DNA of 64,000 bases from NCBI GenBank assembly GCA_044222185.1, contig JBGANV010000001.1:992001-1056000 (forward strand), written 5' to 3'. The translations under genes were made by a program, and so were the position numbers. This DNA is from Planctomycetota bacterium. Its GTDB lineage: Bacteria; Planctomycetota; GCA-002687715; CAIWVZ01. The notes beneath the pieces are model-generated. The model searched no databases and was not told the origin of the DNA. It saw only the letters and a program-made list of their open reading frames with translations. Each line of letters begins with the position of its first letter. Positions within the stretch are counted from its first letter, which is position 1. Positions 1 through 9,533 of the stretch are shown piece after piece.

Positions 1-679
1 CCGTGCCGGACCCGAACTTGAAGAGGCGCATCTCGCGCTTGACGGCGTCGGCGATGTCCATGAGGTCGTCTTCGACGCTCTGGATGAAGCATGCCGAGAG
101 CTGCGGCCGGGTGTAGGAGTCCTTGGCCTCGGCGACGACTCCGCGCTTCTCGTCGAAGTACCACGTGCCGACGGCGCGCCCCGTGATCCCGTACTGCGCT
201 GCCAATCCGCAGTTGAACCAGACGGGCGAGTTGAATGCCCCGTACTGGTTCACGAGGAGGTGCTTCAGTTCCGATTCGAACGTGTCCGCCTCGTCCTTGT
301 CGCGGAAGTACCCGCCGAGCATCTCGCCGGCATCGCGAAGCGTGTGGGCCACGCGGTGCACGACCTGGCGGACTCCCGTCTCGTGCCCGGATCCGGGAAC
401 GCCAGCCTTGCGGAAGTACTTGCTGACGACGATGTCCGTCGCGAGCTGAGACCAGCTCTCGGGCACCTCGGCGGACGTCATCTCGAAGACGACCGACCCG
501 TCGGTGTTCGTGATGACCGACTTCCGCTGGACCCAGTCGACAGCATCGAGCGGGTCCACGGACTTGTCGGTGAGCTTTCGCGCAATGCCCAGGCCTACTT
601 CATCCACCTTGAACCTCGTCGTCCCGTTCTGTTTGATTTCCCAAGTCGGCGTCATCTTCTGTCCGCTTTTCCCAGCCAT
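1..679 (-). CDS. nrdJ: Vitamin B12-dependent (class II) ribonucleotide reductase, N-terminal part; runs off the window edge
   Basis: Absent from the ORF track because there is no stop in the window. Manual minus-strand translation from ATG 679 gives ...VPESWSQLATDIVVSKYFRKAGVP...AFNSPVWFNCG...RPQLSACFIQSVEDDL...EMRLFKFGSGT, the typical NrdJ motifs. Confidence 0.93.
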   Translation of the reverse strand, partial: MAGKSGQKMTPTWEIKQNGTTRFKVDEVGLGIARKLTDKSVDPLDAVDWVQRKSVITNTDGSVVFEMTSAEVPESWSQLATDIVVSKYFRKAGVPGSGHETGVRQVVHRVAHTLRDAGEMLGGYFRDKDEADTFESELKHLLVNQYGAFNSPVWFNCGLAAQYGITGRAVGTWYFDEKRGVVAEAKDSYTRPQLSACFIQSVEDDLMDIADAVKREMRLFKFGSGT

Positions 680-817
680 CTCCGCCCCCTTTTGCACCGC
701 CCCTGCTTTCTCCCAGGGACCCCTGATCCGATGCTCCAAGCGTCCCATTCCGTGACGGAAGTCGTCCCCCACGGAGACGCTTCACTCTTCAGCCGGTAGA
801 TGGCGGACCGCGGGAAC

Positions 818-833
818 ACCCAAGATCTTGGGT
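818..833. promoter_or_regulatory. NrdR box (perfect palindrome ACCCAAGATCTTGGGT)
   Basis: A 16-bp perfect palindrome resembling the NrdR consensus acaCwAtATaTwGtgt, immediately downstream of the nrdJ -10 element. Confidence 0.8.
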
Positions 834-841
834 AGGGGGCG

Positions 842-869
842 ATCATAGGTACGGGTCCCCTGCTGTCAA
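842..869 (-). promoter_or_regulatory. Sigma70-type promoter for nrdJ (TTGACA-N16-TATGAT)
   Basis: Minus strand has TTGACA at 869-864 and TATGAT at 847-842 with a 16-nt spacer. Confidence 0.75.
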
Positions 870-993
870 GCGGGCCCCACGGGTGAATGTTCGGATTCAC
901 GGCACCAGGCCCCCCCACCCCGCTCCCGCATCCGATGCCCCCCGCCCGTGCACGCAAGCCCCTGCGGCGAGGCTCGATAGAATCCCGCCCACC

Positions 994-1956
994 ATGCCCG
1001 GACTGGAACTCAGACCGTTCGCCGTCACCGGGATCGGGAGCCTCCCGTTTCAAACGGCAGCGGCGGCCGTCGGGCACATCGAGGAGCACTACTGCGACCT
1101 CCCGTTCGTGCCCGAGCTGCCTCAGTCGCCTGGCGAGGCGTCCATGGTCGGCGCTGCGTGGCCGAGCGGGTGGGTCCGTGTCGAGGACCGGGTGGCCGTG
1201 GCACTGACCGACGAGGCAGCGGAGCTCTCCTCGTTCGAGTCGCGCCTCCGTACGGCAGACCCCGCCGGCACCTTCCGAGCGCGGGTCATGCGGAGTCTCC
1301 TCCCCGACGCCCGCCGGCTGCCTCGCCTGAAACTCCAGATCCCCGGGCCCATGACCGCGCTGCGTTTCACCGAGATCTTTGGGAATCCAGCGTGGGAGTT
1401 TCCCTTCCTCCGCAAGCCGGTGACCGCGTGGATCGCCCGTCTTGCGACGGAGCTCGTCACGATCGCGAGGACTCACGCCGACTCCGTACTCCTCGTCCTG
1501 GACGATCCAGCACTTGGGCTGCCGGACTTCGACGCGCCCAATCCGGCGAACGTCGCGCTCTTCGCCGACATGATCGCGGCGATCCGCGAGTCCGGGTGCT
1601 CCGTCGGATTGCACTGCTGCGCGACGTTCCCGCTCGACTTGCTGCTCCTCCTCGATCTCGACTGGGTGTCGTTGGATGCGATCCACGGCGAAGCGGAGCT
1701 CGTCCGCCGACGCCGAACCCTCGACCGATTCCTGCGGCGCGGCGCCGTGCTGGCGCTCGGCGTCGTCGATGCGCCCGAGCGGACGTCGGCGGCGGCCGCC
1801 ATCGCCCTCGTCGAGCGCCTCGGCCTCGTGCAGGAGCCGGCTATCGTGCTCACCACCACATGCGGCACGGGTCTGTTGGACGACGCGTCCGAGGCCCATG
1901 CGGTCGCCGCGCTGTCGGAAGCGGCAAAGTATCTGCGGCTGGGAGCGACGCGATGA
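994..1956 (+). CDS. Core (single-barrel) MetE-like methionine synthase family protein
   Basis: Motifs TGIGSLP, PFVPELP, LKLQIPGPMT and LDDP, plus Zn-ligand-like GLHCC and TTTCG. About 320 aa, with no N-terminal folate-binding barrel. Confidence 0.72.
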   Translation: MPGLELRPFAVTGIGSLPFQTAAAAVGHIEEHYCDLPFVPELPQSPGEASMVGAAWPSGWVRVEDRVAVALTDEAAELSSFESRLRTADPAGTFRARVMRSLLPDARRLPRLKLQIPGPMTALRFTEIFGNPAWEFPFLRKPVTAWIARLATELVTIARTHADSVLLVLDDPALGLPDFDAPNPANVALFADMIAAIRESGCSVGLHCCATFPLDLLLLLDLDWVSLDAIHGEAELVRRRRTLDRFLRRGAVLALGVVDAPERTSAAAAIALVERLGLVQEPAIVLTTTCGTGLLDDASEAHAVAALSEAAKYLRLGATR

Positions 1957-2516
1957 GCATTGCAACGAAGAGCGGCGATGACGGAAGCACGGGCCTCTTC
2001 GGCGGCGATCGCGTCCGGAAGTGCAACCTGCGGGTTTCGGCCTACGGCGAGATCGACGAGACGAACTCCGTCGTCGGCCTCGCGCGCGCCGAAGGCGTGC
2101 TCCCCGAGGTGGACCCCGTGCTCGAACGGATCCAGGTCGATCTCTTCGATCTCGGAGCCGAGCTCGCGACGCGTCGCGAGGGAAACCCCCACGCACACCT
2201 CGTCCCCGTTTTCGACGAGCGCCCCGTCGGCGCGCTCGACTCGGCGTTGTCGACGTTCGAGCCCGCCGTCCCGCGGATGGATACGTTCATCCTGCCGGGC
2301 GGGAGCCGCACTGGCGCATGGCTTCACCTGGCGCGCACCGTGGCCCGGCGAGCCGAGCGAACCCTCGTCGCCCTCGCCGGCAGCGAGGACGTACCTGCAC
2401 CGGCGCTTCACTACATGAACCGCCTCTCGGACCTGCTCTTCATCCTCGCCCGCTACGAGAACATGAAGCGCGGCGCGCCCGAGACGAAGTGGACCCCTCG
2501 ACGCGAGACCTCCTGA
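1953..2516 (+). CDS. pduO: ATP:cob(I)alamin adenosyltransferase, PduO/MMAB type
   Basis: MSIATKSGDDGSTGL, AYGEIDETNS, FILPGG, RTVARRAER, YMNRLSDLLF. ATGA overlap with the upstream gene. Confidence 0.93.
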   Translation: MSIATKSGDDGSTGLFGGDRVRKCNLRVSAYGEIDETNSVVGLARAEGVLPEVDPVLERIQVDLFDLGAELATRREGNPHAHLVPVFDERPVGALDSALSTFEPAVPRMDTFILPGGSRTGAWLHLARTVARRAERTLVALAGSEDVPAPALHYMNRLSDLLFILARYENMKRGAPETKWTPRRETS

Positions 2517-2953
2517 TGCCAGTCGACCGCGTTTCGTTCTCGCTGGTCGTCCGCTCCCACGAACTGGATGCCTACCGCCACGTCAACAACGCGGTCTACA
2601 TGCAATGGTTCGAGGAAGCGCGCGAGGCCTTCCTCCGGGCAGGACATCGAAACTACGACTGGTATCCGGAGAACCTGAACGTGTACCTCGTCGTCGTGCG
2701 GGCCGAGCTGGATTTCCGGCACCCCGCTCGCCGCGACGATTCCTGCTGCGTCCACACGCGGCTCGTGCGGATCGGAGAGCGAAGCCTCACGTTCCGGCAC
2801 GCGGCCGTGCGTGACGACGATCGCCTCCTCTGCGAGGGGCGGACGGTGATGGCCTTCGCGACCGACGACCGCTCTGCGCCCGTTCCCGAGGACTTCCGAG
2901 CGCGCTTCGCTGCGGCTCCCGAGGGCGACGTACCGATCGTCGCCGTACGCTGA
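2516..2953 (+). CDS. Acyl-CoA thioesterase (4HBT/YbgC/FadM hot-dog fold)
   Basis: VRSHELDAYRHVNNAVYMQWFEEAR motif. TGATG overlap with pduO. Confidence 0.88.
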   Translation: MPVDRVSFSLVVRSHELDAYRHVNNAVYMQWFEEAREAFLRAGHRNYDWYPENLNVYLVVVRAELDFRHPARRDDSCCVHTRLVRIGERSLTFRHAAVRDDDRLLCEGRTVMAFATDDRSAPVPEDFRARFAAAPEGDVPIVAVR

Positions 2954-2956
2954 CCG

Positions 2957-3274
2957 TCAGCCGTTCGGGTAAAGGTCGGCGACGACGTAGCCGTCCTCGA
3001 GCTTCGCCGGATAGATGTCGATGCCGACACCGGGAGCACCCTTGTACATGCCCGACTTCAGGTCGAACTCCCAGCCGTGCCATGGGCACACGATGCATTG
3101 ACCGTTCACGAATCCAGCCGAAAGCGGGCCGCCGCGATGCGGGCAGGTGCCCGAGAAGGCGTGGACCTCGTCCTTGATCTTCAAGAGCACGACCGATCGG
3201 CCGTCCACCTGGATTCCACGCGGTTCCGAGTCCTTCAGGTCACCAGAGGGACAAACACGCCGAGGCTCACTCAT
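2957..3274 (-). CDS. Rieske [2Fe-2S] ferredoxin
   Basis: Rieske ligand motifs CPH...CPWH. Start overlaps the HMG-CoA lyase stop (ATGA). Confidence 0.88.
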   Translation of the reverse strand: MSEPRRVCPSGDLKDSEPRGIQVDGRSVVLLKIKDEVHAFSGTCPHRGGPLSAGFVNGQCIVCPWHGWEFDLKSGMYKGAPGVGIDIYPAKLEDGYVVADLYPNG

Positions 3275-4191
3275 GAACATTCCTTCCGGGGTTCCAAGAC
3301 TGCACGACGGGCGCCGTGCACCCGTCCCGTGAACGGTCGCCCGATGACCGGCTCGAGCGGAGCAACCGCGCGAACCACGCCGTCGATGTCAGCATCGGTT
3401 CTCACACCGAGGCCGGCGAAAAGGTAGAGGACGTCCTCGGTCGCGACGTTCCCCGTCGCGCCAGGCGCAAACGGGCAACCGCCGAGGCCGCCCGCGGACG
3501 CGTCGAAAGTGCGAACGCCCTCCTCGAATGCGACGAGGACGTTGGCGACTCCCATGCCGTAGGTGTCGTGGAAGTGCCCGGCCACCCGGTCGAGCAATCC
3601 CTCTGCGGCGAGCGCGCGGCAAAGCTCCCGAACCTCGCCCGGCGTCGCCTTGCCGATGGTCTCCCCCAGGCTCACTTCATAGCAGCCGACGTCGAGCAGG
3701 CGCCGAGCGACGGAGACGGCTCGGGCGAGCGGGATCCTGCCCTCGAACGGACAGTGGAGGATCGTCGACACGTAGCCGCGCACCCGCACTCCGGCCTGTC
3801 GCGCATGCGCCAGCACGGGGTCGAACCGGGCGAAGGATTCCTCGATCGAAGCACCGATGTTCCGCGCGTTGAACGTCTCGGACGCCGCCGTGAAAACGGC
3901 TACCTCGTCCGCGCGGGCGACCAGGGCACGGGCGAGGCCCTTCTCGTTCGGGACGAGCGCCGAGTAGGTGACTCCGGGCTCGCGCGCGATCCCGAGGAGC
4001 ACGGCCTCTGCGTCGGCGAGTTGGGGGACGGCCTTCGGCGAGACGAATGCCGTGGCCTCGATCCGGCGGAGACCTGCAGTCGCGAGAGCTTCGATGAACC
4101 GGACCTTCACGCCCGTCGGGATCGGCGTCCGCTCGTTCTGGAGGCCATCCCGCGGGCCCATCTCGACGATCTGCACTCGATCCGACGTCAC
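3271..4191 (-). CDS. liuE: Hydroxymethylglutaryl-CoA lyase
   Basis: EMGPRDGLQNE, FVSPKAVPQLAD, HFHDTYG, GLGGCPFAPGATGNVATED. Confidence 0.93.
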   Translation of the reverse strand: MTSDRVQIVEMGPRDGLQNERTPIPTGVKVRFIEALATAGLRRIEATAFVSPKAVPQLADAEAVLLGIAREPGVTYSALVPNEKGLARALVARADEVAVFTAASETFNARNIGASIEESFARFDPVLAHARQAGVRVRGYVSTILHCPFEGRIPLARAVSVARRLLDVGCYEVSLGETIGKATPGEVRELCRALAAEGLLDRVAGHFHDTYGMGVANVLVAFEEGVRTFDASAGGLGGCPFAPGATGNVATEDVLYLFAGLGVRTDADIDGVVRAVAPLEPVIGRPFTGRVHGARRAVLEPRKECS

Positions 4192-4697
4192 GGTGCGGGC
4201 TCGGGCGGCGCCAGTTCGACGAGCTTGTCGCCCACGTTCACGATCTGACCTGCCTTGACGAGCACTCGTGTCACTCGCCCCGCAGCCGGAGCCGTCAAGC
4301 GATGTTCCATCTTCATCGCTTCGAGGACGAGCAGGACGTCGCGCGCGGCAACCGCTTCACCGTCAGCGACCACGACCTCGACGACCTTGCCCGTCATCGG
4401 AGCGTGGATGTCGGACATCTCGGCGGTGGATCCGCCCTTCGCTCGCCCATGGTCGACGTGGAACGCATACGTGGCTCCGTCGATCGACACCCACGTCTGC
4501 GCGCCGTCGCGAACGACGAAACCGCGGATCATGCGATCCCCGATCTTCAGCACGAGCAGGCAGTCGCCGCTGGCGACGACCTCGGCCACCACCGGTTCTG
4601 CGCCATCCATGTGGATCGCCACCCCGGACTTCGTCACCGCGGCGTGTGCCACACGAGTCGTCGCCTGGGATCGGAGGCGGATCTCGCGTTGCGCCAT
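4188..4697 (-). CDS. Biotin carboxyl carrier protein with a BT-like beta region (C-terminal part of MCC alpha)
   Basis: APMTGKVV and the LEAMKME biotinylation motif. ATG 4697 is preceded by GGAGGG. Confidence 0.85.
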   Translation of the reverse strand: MAQREIRLRSQATTRVAHAAVTKSGVAIHMDGAEPVVAEVVASGDCLLVLKIGDRMIRGFVVRDGAQTWVSIDGATYAFHVDHGRAKGGSTAEMSDIHAPMTGKVVEVVVADGEAVAARDVLLVLEAMKMEHRLTAPAAGRVTRVLVKAGQIVNVGDKLVELAPPEPAP

Positions 4698-4699
4698 GA

Positions 4700-6199
4700 T
4701 CAACCGCCCTCCGTGATCCGGAATCCGTCGGCGACGTCCCACGGGGTCGTGTGGACCGCCTCGCCGCGCTGCGTCGCGACCCTTCCATCGAAGCCGCCCA
4801 TGACCTGCGCCGCGACGGCGATCATCCACGCGTCGTCCGTGGCCGCGGGCGCCACCAGGGGATTCGTCGCCGCCGCGCGCTCGACCCACGTCGTGTCGTA
4901 CTGCGCCGACCGGAACGCCTCGGAGCCCAGCAGGTCGACGAGGTACGCGACGTTGTGCCCGATCCCGACGACGGCCGTCGCCTCGAGCGCGGCCTTCAAC
5001 CGAAGCCGGGCCTCTTCGCGGTCCGCGCCGTGGGCGATCACCTTGGCGAGCATGGGGTCGTAGAACGGCGTGATCTCCTGGCGCGACGTCACGCCGGTGT
5101 CCACGCGGATGCCCGGCCCGTCCGGCCACGCGACGAGGCGGACCGGCCCGACCTGCGGAAGGAACCCCGTGTAGGGATCCTCCGCATACACGCGCGCTTC
5201 GATCGCGTGGCCGTGGGGAACGATCTCGGAGGTCTTCAGCGAAAGCCGCTCGCCCGCCGCGATGCGGAGCTGCCACGCGACCAGGTCGAGGCCCGTGACG
5301 AGCTCCGTCACCGGGTGCTCCACCTGCAGCCTCGTGTTCATCTCCAGGAAGTAGAACGAGCCATCGGGAGCCAGCAGGAACTCGCACGTTCCCGCGTTGT
5401 AGTACGACACGGCGCGCGCGATCCGCTCCGCCGCGTCGAGGAGTCGTGCCCTCACGGTGGGCGTGACCGCCGGTGACGGGCACTCCTCGATGATCTTCTG
5501 GTGCCTGCGTTGCAGCGTACAGTCCCGCTCGAGCAGGGCGACCACGTTGCCGTGCTTGTCTCCGAGGAGCTGCACCTCGACGTGGCGCGCGCCCTCGACG
5601 TATTTCTCGAGGATCAGGGCGGAGCTGCCGAAGGCGGACTCGGCCTCGCGACGGGCTCCCGCGATCGCATCCTTCAACTGGTCGGGACGATCGACCCGGC
5701 GCATCCCCTTCCCGCCGCCGCCGGCCGCCGCCTTCACCAGAAGGGGGAACCCGATTCCCGCGGCCGCGCGCTCGAGTTCCGCGTCGGTTCCACCGTTGTG
5801 CCCCGGAGTCGCGCCGACGCCGGCCTTCGCGGCGGTGATGCGAGCACGCGACTTGTCGCCGATGGACTCGATCGACTCGGGGGACGGCCCGATGAACGTC
5901 ACGCCGGCCGCGTGGCACGCGCGGGCAAACTCGGCGTTCTCCGAGAGGAAGCCGTAGCCCGGGTGGATCGCGTCGCTGCTGGTTGCACGCGCCACGTCGA
6001 GGATCTTCGCGCCGTCGAGGTAGGACTTGCGGGCCTCGGCCGGTCCGATGTGCACCGCCATGTCCGCCTCGCGGACGTAGGGCGATCCAGCATCCGCGTC
6101 CGAGTACACCGCGACCGAGTCGATTCCGTGGACGCGCAGCGTCCGGATGATCCGCCTGGAGATCTCTCCGCGGTTGGCGATGAGCACACGACGGAACAT
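4700..6199 (-). CDS. liuD: Biotin carboxylase subunit (methylcrotonyl-CoA carboxylase alpha, N-terminal part)
   Basis: MFRRVLIANRGEI, HPGYGFLSENA, GGGGKGMR, QRRHQK, EMNTRLQVEHPVTE, YDPMLAK. Confidence 0.9.
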   Translation of the reverse strand: MFRRVLIANRGEISRRIIRTLRVHGIDSVAVYSDADAGSPYVREADMAVHIGPAEARKSYLDGAKILDVARATSSDAIHPGYGFLSENAEFARACHAAGVTFIGPSPESIESIGDKSRARITAAKAGVGATPGHNGGTDAELERAAAGIGFPLLVKAAAGGGGKGMRRVDRPDQLKDAIAGARREAESAFGSSALILEKYVEGARHVEVQLLGDKHGNVVALLERDCTLQRRHQKIIEECPSPAVTPTVRARLLDAAERIARAVSYYNAGTCEFLLAPDGSFYFLEMNTRLQVEHPVTELVTGLDLVAWQLRIAAGERLSLKTSEIVPHGHAIEARVYAEDPYTGFLPQVGPVRLVAWPDGPGIRVDTGVTSRQEITPFYDPMLAKVIAHGADREEARLRLKAALEATAVVGIGHNVAYLVDLLGSEAFRSAQYDTTWVERAAATNPLVAPAATDDAWMIAVAAQVMGGFDGRVATQRGEAVHTTPWDVADGFRITEGG

Positions 6200-7011
6200 C
6201 AGGTCTGACCTCCGTCCACGGGAGTCACCCACCGCGCCGGACGTTTCTCGAGGAAGGCCGATAGTCCCTCGCGAGCCTCGTCCGTCGCGCGAACCCGGGC
6301 GATCGTCTGCGCCAGATGTGAAGCGATCGCTGGATCGCGACGATCGGTCAGGTAGTCGACGATTCGGCGCGACTCGCGGACGGCCTCGGGGCCCACGGAG
6401 AGCAGCTGCGTGACGATCGCGAGCGCTCGCGAACCGGCCTGACCGGCGGGCGCGACCTCCGAGACCAGTCCGATCGCCTGCGCCCGCGCGGCGTCGAAGA
6501 TCTCGCCCGTCGCGAAGTACCGCCGCGCGTTTCGGACGCCGATCGCCGGCAGCGCAAATTGCGAAATCACGGCTGGGACGATCCCGAGGCGGACCTCCGT
6601 GAATCCGAACTTGCAACCTTCCTCGGCGACCGAGACGTCGGCCGCCGCCACGAGGCCGGCCCCACCTCCGAGCGCAGCTCCGTGGGCTACGCAGATCGTG
6701 GGACAGGGAAACGATGCGAGCGTCGCAAAGAGCTCGGACAACCTCCGCGCGTCGGCCTCGTTCTCGGCGGGCGTGGCCGTGCCGAGCCTCCGCATCCAGT
6801 TGATGTCGGCGCCGGCGCAGAACACCGGCCCCTCGCCCTCGACGACGAGGGCGCGAAGCGACCGGTCGCTGGCGCGTTCGCGCAGTGCCGCAGTCAGCTC
6901 TGCGATCGTGCGGTCGTCGAACGCGTTCCGCACGTCGGGGCGCGAGAGCACGACTTTCGACCACCCTGGCTTGACCTCGACTCGGATGTTGCGTGGTTCG
7001 GGCTGTGGCAT
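6199..7011 (-). CDS. liuC: Enoyl-CoA hydratase, probably methylglutaconyl-CoA hydratase
   Basis: RPDVRNAFD, FCAGADINWM, GGGAGL, FGFTEVRLGIVPAVIS, and its position between the MCC subunits. Confidence 0.85.
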   Translation of the reverse strand: MPQPEPRNIRVEVKPGWSKVVLSRPDVRNAFDDRTIAELTAALRERASDRSLRALVVEGEGPVFCAGADINWMRRLGTATPAENEADARRLSELFATLASFPCPTICVAHGAALGGGAGLVAAADVSVAEEGCKFGFTEVRLGIVPAVISQFALPAIGVRNARRYFATGEIFDAARAQAIGLVSEVAPAGQAGSRALAIVTQLLSVGPEAVRESRRIVDYLTDRRDPAIASHLAQTIARVRATDEAREGLSAFLEKRPARWVTPVDGGQT

Positions 7012-7012
7012 T

Positions 7013-8620
7013 TCACATCCTGAACACGGGGAACGTCGTCGTCGGAATGGGGCGCTCGAGCGCGGCCGCGAGCGCGAGTCCGAGCACTCGGCGCGTGTCA
7101 CGGGGCGCGATCACACCGTCGTCCCAGATCCGTGCGGTGCTGTAATAGGGGTTTCCTTCGGCCTCGTACTTCGCGAGGATCGGCTCCCGGATGGCCGTCG
7201 CGTCCGCCTCGGAGAGTTGTTTGCCCTCGGCGCGCATCTGGTCCTGTTTCACGGTGACCAGGACGGAAGCGGCCTGTTCCCCGCCCATGACCGAGATCCG
7301 CGCGTTCGGCCACATGAACAGGAAACGCGGGTCGTAAGCGCGACCGCACATCCCGTAGTTTCCCGCCCCGAAACTCCCGCCGATGATGAGCGTGATCTTG
7401 GGAACGTCCGTTCCCGCGACGGCCTGTACGAGCTTGGCCCCGTCACGCGCGATCCCACCGTTCTCGTACTGACGTCCCACCATGAAGCCAGTGATGTTCT
7501 GGAGGAACAGCAACGGGATCCGCCGCTGCGAGCACAGCTCGACGAAGTGCGCGCCCTTCAGCGCCGACTCCGAGAAGAGGATGCCGTTGTTCGCGACGAT
7601 GCCGACGTCGTACCCGTGGAGCTGGGCGAAGCCCGTGACGAGCGTCGTCCCGTAGAGCGACTTGAACTCGTGAAAGCGGCTCCCGTCCACGATCCGCGCG
7701 ATGATTTCACGCACGTCGTAAGGAATGCGTGTCGACGCCGGGACCACGCCGCCCAGTTCGTCCGTCGGGTGGATCGGCTCGTCTGCATCGCCGGCGGGAG
7801 GAACCGGCGTGGCATGCCAGCCGAGGTGGCGAACCATCTCGCGCGCCATCTCCAGCCCCTCGATCTCGGTCTCGGCGTAGTGATCCGTCACGCCCGACTT
7901 CCGGCAGTGGACGTCGGCACCGCCGAGGTCCTCTGCCGAAACCTCTTCCCCGGTCGCCGCCTTCACGAGCGGCGGGCCTCCGAGAAAGATCGTTCCGTTG
8001 CGCTTCACGATGACCGACTCGTCGGACATGGCGGGCACGTACGCGCCGCCGGCCGTACACGAACCGAGGACGACCGCGAGCTGCGGCAACCCATTGCGCG
8101 AGAGCCTGGCCTGGTTGAAGAAGATGCGCCCGAAGTGTTCGCGATCGGGAAACACGTCGGCCTGAAGCGGAAGGAACGCTCCACCCGAGTCGACGAGGTA
8201 GAGGCACGGGAGGCCGTTCTGGAGCGCGATCTCCTGAGCCCGGACGTGCTTCTTGACCGTCATCGGGTAGTAGGTCCCACCCTTCACCGTGGCGTCGTTG
8301 GCCACGATCATCATCGTGCGGCCGGCGATCCGGCCGATCCCCGTGATCACGCCTGCGGAAGGGACTTCGTTGTCGTAGAGCCCCCACGCCGCGAGCGGAG
8401 AGAGCTCGAGAAACGGCGACCCCGGATCGACGATCCGGTCGATGCGTTCGCGTGGAAGCAACTTGCCGCGCTCACGGTGTTTCTCCACGGCTTTCGTGGG
8501 ACCACCGCGACTGACCTCGGCGAGCCGCGACCTCAGCTCGTCCTCGAGCTGGCCGTACCGCGCGAGATTCTCTCGGAACTCCGGAGAACTCGGATCGAGT
8601 CGGGAACGAAGGGTTTCCAT
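7013..8620 (-). CDS. liuB: Methylcrotonyl-CoA carboxylase beta (carboxyltransferase) subunit
   Basis: [47 protein letters not shown], and the C-terminal VFRM. Confidence 0.94.
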   Translation of the reverse strand: METLRSRLDPSSPEFRENLARYGQLEDELRSRLAEVSRGGPTKAVEKHRERGKLLPRERIDRIVDPGSPFLELSPLAAWGLYDNEVPSAGVITGIGRIAGRTMMIVANDATVKGGTYYPMTVKKHVRAQEIALQNGLPCLYLVDSGGAFLPLQADVFPDREHFGRIFFNQARLSRNGLPQLAVVLGSCTAGGAYVPAMSDESVIVKRNGTIFLGGPPLVKAATGEEVSAEDLGGADVHCRKSGVTDHYAETEIEGLEMAREMVRHLGWHATPVPPAGDADEPIHPTDELGGVVPASTRIPYDVREIIARIVDGSRFHEFKSLYGTTLVTGFAQLHGYDVGIVANNGILFSESALKGAHFVELCSQRRIPLLFLQNITGFMVGRQYENGGIARDGAKLVQAVAGTDVPKITLIIGGSFGAGNYGMCGRAYDPRFLFMWPNARISVMGGEQAASVLVTVKQDQMRAEGKQLSEADATAIREPILAKYEAEGNPYYSTARIWDDGVIAPRDTRRVLGLALAAALERPIPTTTFPVFRM

Positions 8621-8677
8621 CGAAAGGTCTCGGAGGGTGTGCGGAGGCTCACCCGATGTCGGCCACCTGCGCGTGCC

Positions 8678-9469
8678 TCAGGGCGAGTCGCCGAATCCGA
8701 GGATCTGGTACGAGCCGCTCTTCTTCTCGCGTTCGAGCTTGACGATGCCGTGACGTTGGGCGTCTTCGAGGAGAGCCGTGAAGGTGCGATAGCCGTAGTA
8801 GGTCTCGTCGAACTGGGGCCGCTTGCGCTTGATCGTCTGCTTGAGCATCGACGCCCAGATCATCTCCTTGTTCTCGCGCAAAAGGCCCAGGAGTCCGTCT
8901 GCGACGATGCCGAAGACTTCGCGCTGCTTCTTGCCGACTTCGCTATCGCGCGTGCCCGGCGGAGGCTCGACGACCTGGCTCTGCTGCCGAACGAGGTCGT
9001 CGTAGAAGATGAACTCGTCGCAGTTGTCGATCAGGAGCTCCGATGACGCGGCCTTGATGCCGCAGCCGATCACCGTCTTGTTGTTTTCCTTGAGCTTGGA
9101 CACCAGCGGAGAGAAGTCCGAGTCGCCGGTGACGAGAGCGAACGTATCGATGTGGTCCTTGGACGTCGCGAGGTCCATGACGTCGACGACCATGCGAATG
9201 TCCGCGCTGTTCTTCCCGGAGATGTTCTTCTTGGGGATCTCGATGAGCTCGATCGCCGCTTCGTGGAATTGCTGGCGGTAGTCGCGGTAGCGCGTCCAGT
9301 CGCAGTACGCCTTCTTGACGATGATGCGCCCCTTCTCCAGCAGTCGTTCCAGCACGAGCTGGATGTTGAACTTGTGAGCAGGTGACTGCTTGATGCCGAG
9401 GGCCAGGTTCTCGAAGTCGATGAACAAGGCGATCAGTTTTTCGGCCGTGCGTTCGTTCGCAGAGGACAT
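8678..9469 (-). CDS. NYN (LabA/DUF88) domain protein with C-terminal OST-HTH/LOTUS domain
   Basis: ALFIDFENL, KNSADIRMVVD, TGDSDFSPLV, CDEFIFYD. C-terminal PQFDETYYGYRTFTALL. Confidence 0.88.
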   Translation of the reverse strand: MSSANERTAEKLIALFIDFENLALGIKQSPAHKFNIQLVLERLLEKGRIIVKKAYCDWTRYRDYRQQFHEAAIELIEIPKKNISGKNSADIRMVVDVMDLATSKDHIDTFALVTGDSDFSPLVSKLKENNKTVIGCGIKAASSELLIDNCDEFIFYDDLVRQQSQVVEPPPGTRDSEVGKKQREVFGIVADGLLGLLRENKEMIWASMLKQTIKRKRPQFDETYYGYRTFTALLEDAQRHGIVKLEREKKSGSYQILGFGDSP

Positions 9470-9533
9470 CACCTCTCCCGGGCTGGCTCAGGACGCGGGG
9501 GCCGCGTGTGCGGACCCCCGCTCGTGCGGTCGT

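Noticed and set aside
680-993. Cobalamin riboswitch between nrdJ and the MetE-like/pduO operon
   Set aside because: Only fragments (GGGAA, CCC..CTGT) are present, without the ordered core and B12 box. The region is explained by the promoter and NrdR box.
6599-9046. Long alternative-frame ORFs (e.g. 815 aa at 6599, 801 aa at 43459, 653 aa at 14739, and the N-terminal half of the 876-aa ORF at 53208)
   Set aside because: They are antisense shadows of well-supported genes, expected in high-GC DNA, and show no protein motifs.
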